Assembly: GCA_035403785.1 (NCBI GenBank) | Contig: DAONFW010000005.1 | Span: 3,045-67,044, forward strand | From: Minisyncoccota bacterium | GTDB lineage: Bacteria > Patescibacteriota > Minisyncoccia > Phycocordibacterales > UBA9973 | Direction: 5' to 3' | DNA: 64,000 nt | In this document: positions 62,177 to 64,000 of the stretch, in pieces | Position numbering within the stretch: the stretch's first letter is position 1 | Layout: each line of letters begins with the position of its first letter | The notes under the pieces: generated by a model | What the model saw: only the letters and a program-made list of their open reading frames with translations | Databases searched by the model: none | What the model was told of the DNA's origin: nothing | Program-made: the position numbers and the translations under genes

Positions 62177-64000
62177 TTAATTATTCAAACTATTTACAAG
62201 AGCTCTAGTGATAGGACCGAAGTATCCTACAGCTGGAGAGATTTTGTTTGCTAATTGGAATTTAATTAAAGCTTTTTGAGTAAGTGATCCGAATTTAGTT
62301 GTTTCATTACCTAGTGAACCTGCTCCTGTAGTAGATACTTGATAGCCATGAGTGTTTAAGAACTTTTGAAGTTCTTTTACTTCATTGTCTATCTGTAGGT
62401 ATTTTAAGTTCTTTGTGAATGTGAATTTAGGTGTAGTTGGAGCAGATGTTGTTCCACATGCTTTTCCTGTACTTGGGCTGTATAGATATCCTGGTAGACA
62501 GTCTGTGGGTGGTACAGAAGAGGTTGGGGTTGAAACAAATGGGTTATGTCCTGCAATGTAAGAGCCGGAGGTGGTGTGGTGAGGGATGGCAGGAGCTGGA
62601 GGAACTACAGGAATTACTTCATCAGCAGGAAGAATAATTAAAATTCCCGAAGTTCTTTGTACTTTGCTTCTGTCAAAAGTGACATTATTTAAAGTATTTG
62701 TTTTATCTGTAGTATCAGTGATTGCATTGTAGATACCTGAATTAATAGAACCACCAGTTACTGTGTTACTATCTGCAGATCCAGCAAAAGAGATACCATT
62801 AGCATTATCTGTAAAAATATTCGTATTCAAAGTATTAGAAGATGAAGTTCCATCTAAAACTATTCCTGAGTATGGACCATAAGCACTGTGCACTAAGCTA
62901 GGTTCTGTGGTTGATGCTAGAGTTACAGGATCCCCATCTGTTTCCACAACTACTCCATTTACTCCATTTGTAATTCCATTGTATATCCAAGTATCTCCAC
63001 TCTTTGTTAGAACATTTTGGAGGAGGGCTTCGGCGGTGGCGCCCTCACCAAGAGCTAATTCAAGAGTAGCTAAATTGGGGATCATTCCGTGAGGAAGAGC
63101 AGCTGTAAGTGGAACCGAAATATCACCTACGTGGATAAGTCCAAAATCAAAACCTCCTGCAGCTGCTCCAGCTGCTTCGATAAAATTAGTTATTGTATTA
63201 CTGTTAGCAGAAACAAGGCTTATGTTATTTTCAAAATCAGCAGCATAAAGGATAGTCGGTATTGTTATGGCGCCACCACCGAAATTCATCCCAATAGCAT
63301 CATAAACAACATCACCATATTTCATGGTGGAAACTCCTGCTAACCAATATCCTTCAGCTACTGCTCCATGACCTGAAATATTATTGGAGGAAATTGTATT
63401 ATTACTTGCATCATTCAAACAAATACCATTCTGTAAGTTAGAAGAAATAATATTAGTTTTTATTTGACTTCCTTTTATATTACTTAAACTAATTCCGCAA
63501 CTAATGTTAGAAGAAATCGTATTTTCTTCAATTGTATTATCATCAGATTGATCTAAATAAATTCCATTTCTTAAATTATCAGAAATAGTATTATTAGAAT
63601 TTATAATATTCTCATTTGAATTATTCAAATAAATTCCATCTCTTGAGTTATCAGAAATCGTATTAGAAGTTATAATATTTTCCATTGATGAATTTCTAAA
63701 ATCAATTCCATATTCATTATTATCACTAATAGTATTCTGATCTATTTCATTCGAACTTGAGTTATCAAAATAAATCCCCTGATTACTCCCAGAAATAGTG
63801 TTCAGAGTTAAATTATTTCCTGATGCTTGATAAAGATCAATCCCTCGATATTGGTTGTTATTAATAATATTATTACTAACAACAACCCCCGTGCTATAAC
63901 CATTTCCGTTTAAATTAATTCCAGTACCATTAAGGATAATATTATCAGAACTTATATTATTACCAACTTCATCTGAATCAAAAGCTGAAAAATAAATCCC
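62177..64000 (-). CDS. Secreted right-handed beta-helix repeat protein with a C-terminal peptidoglycan-binding domain. The N-terminus continues beyond the window edge.
   Basis: The repeats have the form …NTISDNxxNGIYLxxSxxNxI… (parallel beta-helix). The C-terminus is …VKELQKFLNTHGYQVSTTGAGSLGNETTKFGSLTQKALIKFQ…, a PGBD similar to gene 8357-8977. The reading frame stays open to position 64000. Confidence 0.55.
   Translation of the reverse strand, partial: GIYFSAFDSDEVGNNISSDNIILNGTGINLNGNGYSTGVVVSNNIINNNQYRGIDLYQASGNNLTLNTISGSNQGIYFDNSSSNEIDQNTISDNNEYGIDFRNSSMENIITSNTISDNSRDGIYLNNSNENIINSNNTISDNLRNGIYLDQSDDNTIEENTISSNISCGISLSNIKGSQIKTNIISSNLQNGICLNDASNNTISSNNISGHGAVAEGYWLAGVSTMKYGDVVYDAIGMNFGGGAITIPTILYAADFENNISLVSANSNTITNFIEAAGAAAGGFDFGLIHVGDISVPLTAALPHGMIPNLATLELALGEGATAEALLQNVLTKSGDTWIYNGITNGVNGVVVETDGDPVTLASTTEPSLVHSAYGPYSGIVLDGTSSSNTLNTNIFTDNANGISFAGSADSNTVTGGSINSGIYNAITDTTDKTNTLNNVTFDRSKVQRTSGILIILPADEVIPVVPPAPAIPHHTTSGSYIAGHNPFVSTPTSSVPPTDCLPGYLYSPSTGKACGTTSAPTTPKFTFTKNLKYLQIDNEVKELQKFLNTHGYQVSTTGAGSLGNETTKFGSLTQKALIKFQLANKISPAVGYFGPITRALVNSLNN

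Overview
This 64-kb window is AT-rich (about 30% GC by eye) and tightly packed, and reads as a reduced-genome bacterium using the standard genetic code. The short essential enzymes, an LTD-domain surface protein and a DUF1566-type diversified protein point to a Candidate Phyla Radiation / Parcubacteria-like organism. Most of the content is housekeeping, and I did not find a tRNA, rRNA gene or CRISPR array by eye.

Housekeeping content:
- Replication and repair genes dnaB, recR and dnaE.
- An infA-rpmJ-rpsM-rpsK-rpsD-rpoA-rplQ ribosomal-protein block followed by rplM and rpsI.
- The aminoacyl-tRNA synthetases trpS (partial), cysS, alaS and hisS.
- The chaperones dnaK and grpE plus a J-domain protein.
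- A pentose-phosphate/glycolysis cluster: gap, rpiB, a phosphoribosyltransferase, rpe and a split transketolase.
- Other single genes: typA, pth, lepB, def, rsmE, mnmA, mltG, metK, an ECF sigma factor and an ABC exporter.

The most notable items:
1. A complete diversity-generating retroelement (DGR) at 5452-8295 on the minus strand, in the order target gene with variable repeat, Avd-like protein, template repeat, reverse transcriptase. The two 134-bp repeats differ almost only at template adenines.
2. A minus-strand block at 12513-18020 of two paralogous soluble VirD4/TraD-like P-loop ATPases flanking a 574-aa cysteine-rich repeat protein. It sits between dnaK and the J-domain gene.
3. A family of 'atcccgttagaRat / atYtctaacgggat' palindromic elements in three copies. 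One copy carries a GIY-YIG nuclease gene and supplies the stop and start codons of neighbouring genes.
4. A SAM-I riboswitch with a terminator expression platform in the metK leader.
5. A duplicated ECF-type promoter motif (TGTAAG-N16-CGTCTTA) in front of a small membrane peptide and the ECF sigma gene.
6. A GC-richer gene for a small beta-barrel-like secreted protein, which is unexpected in a presumed monoderm.
7. Two secreted proteins with the same C-terminal peptidoglycan-binding domain, one of them preceded by a (TA)11 promoter microsatellite.
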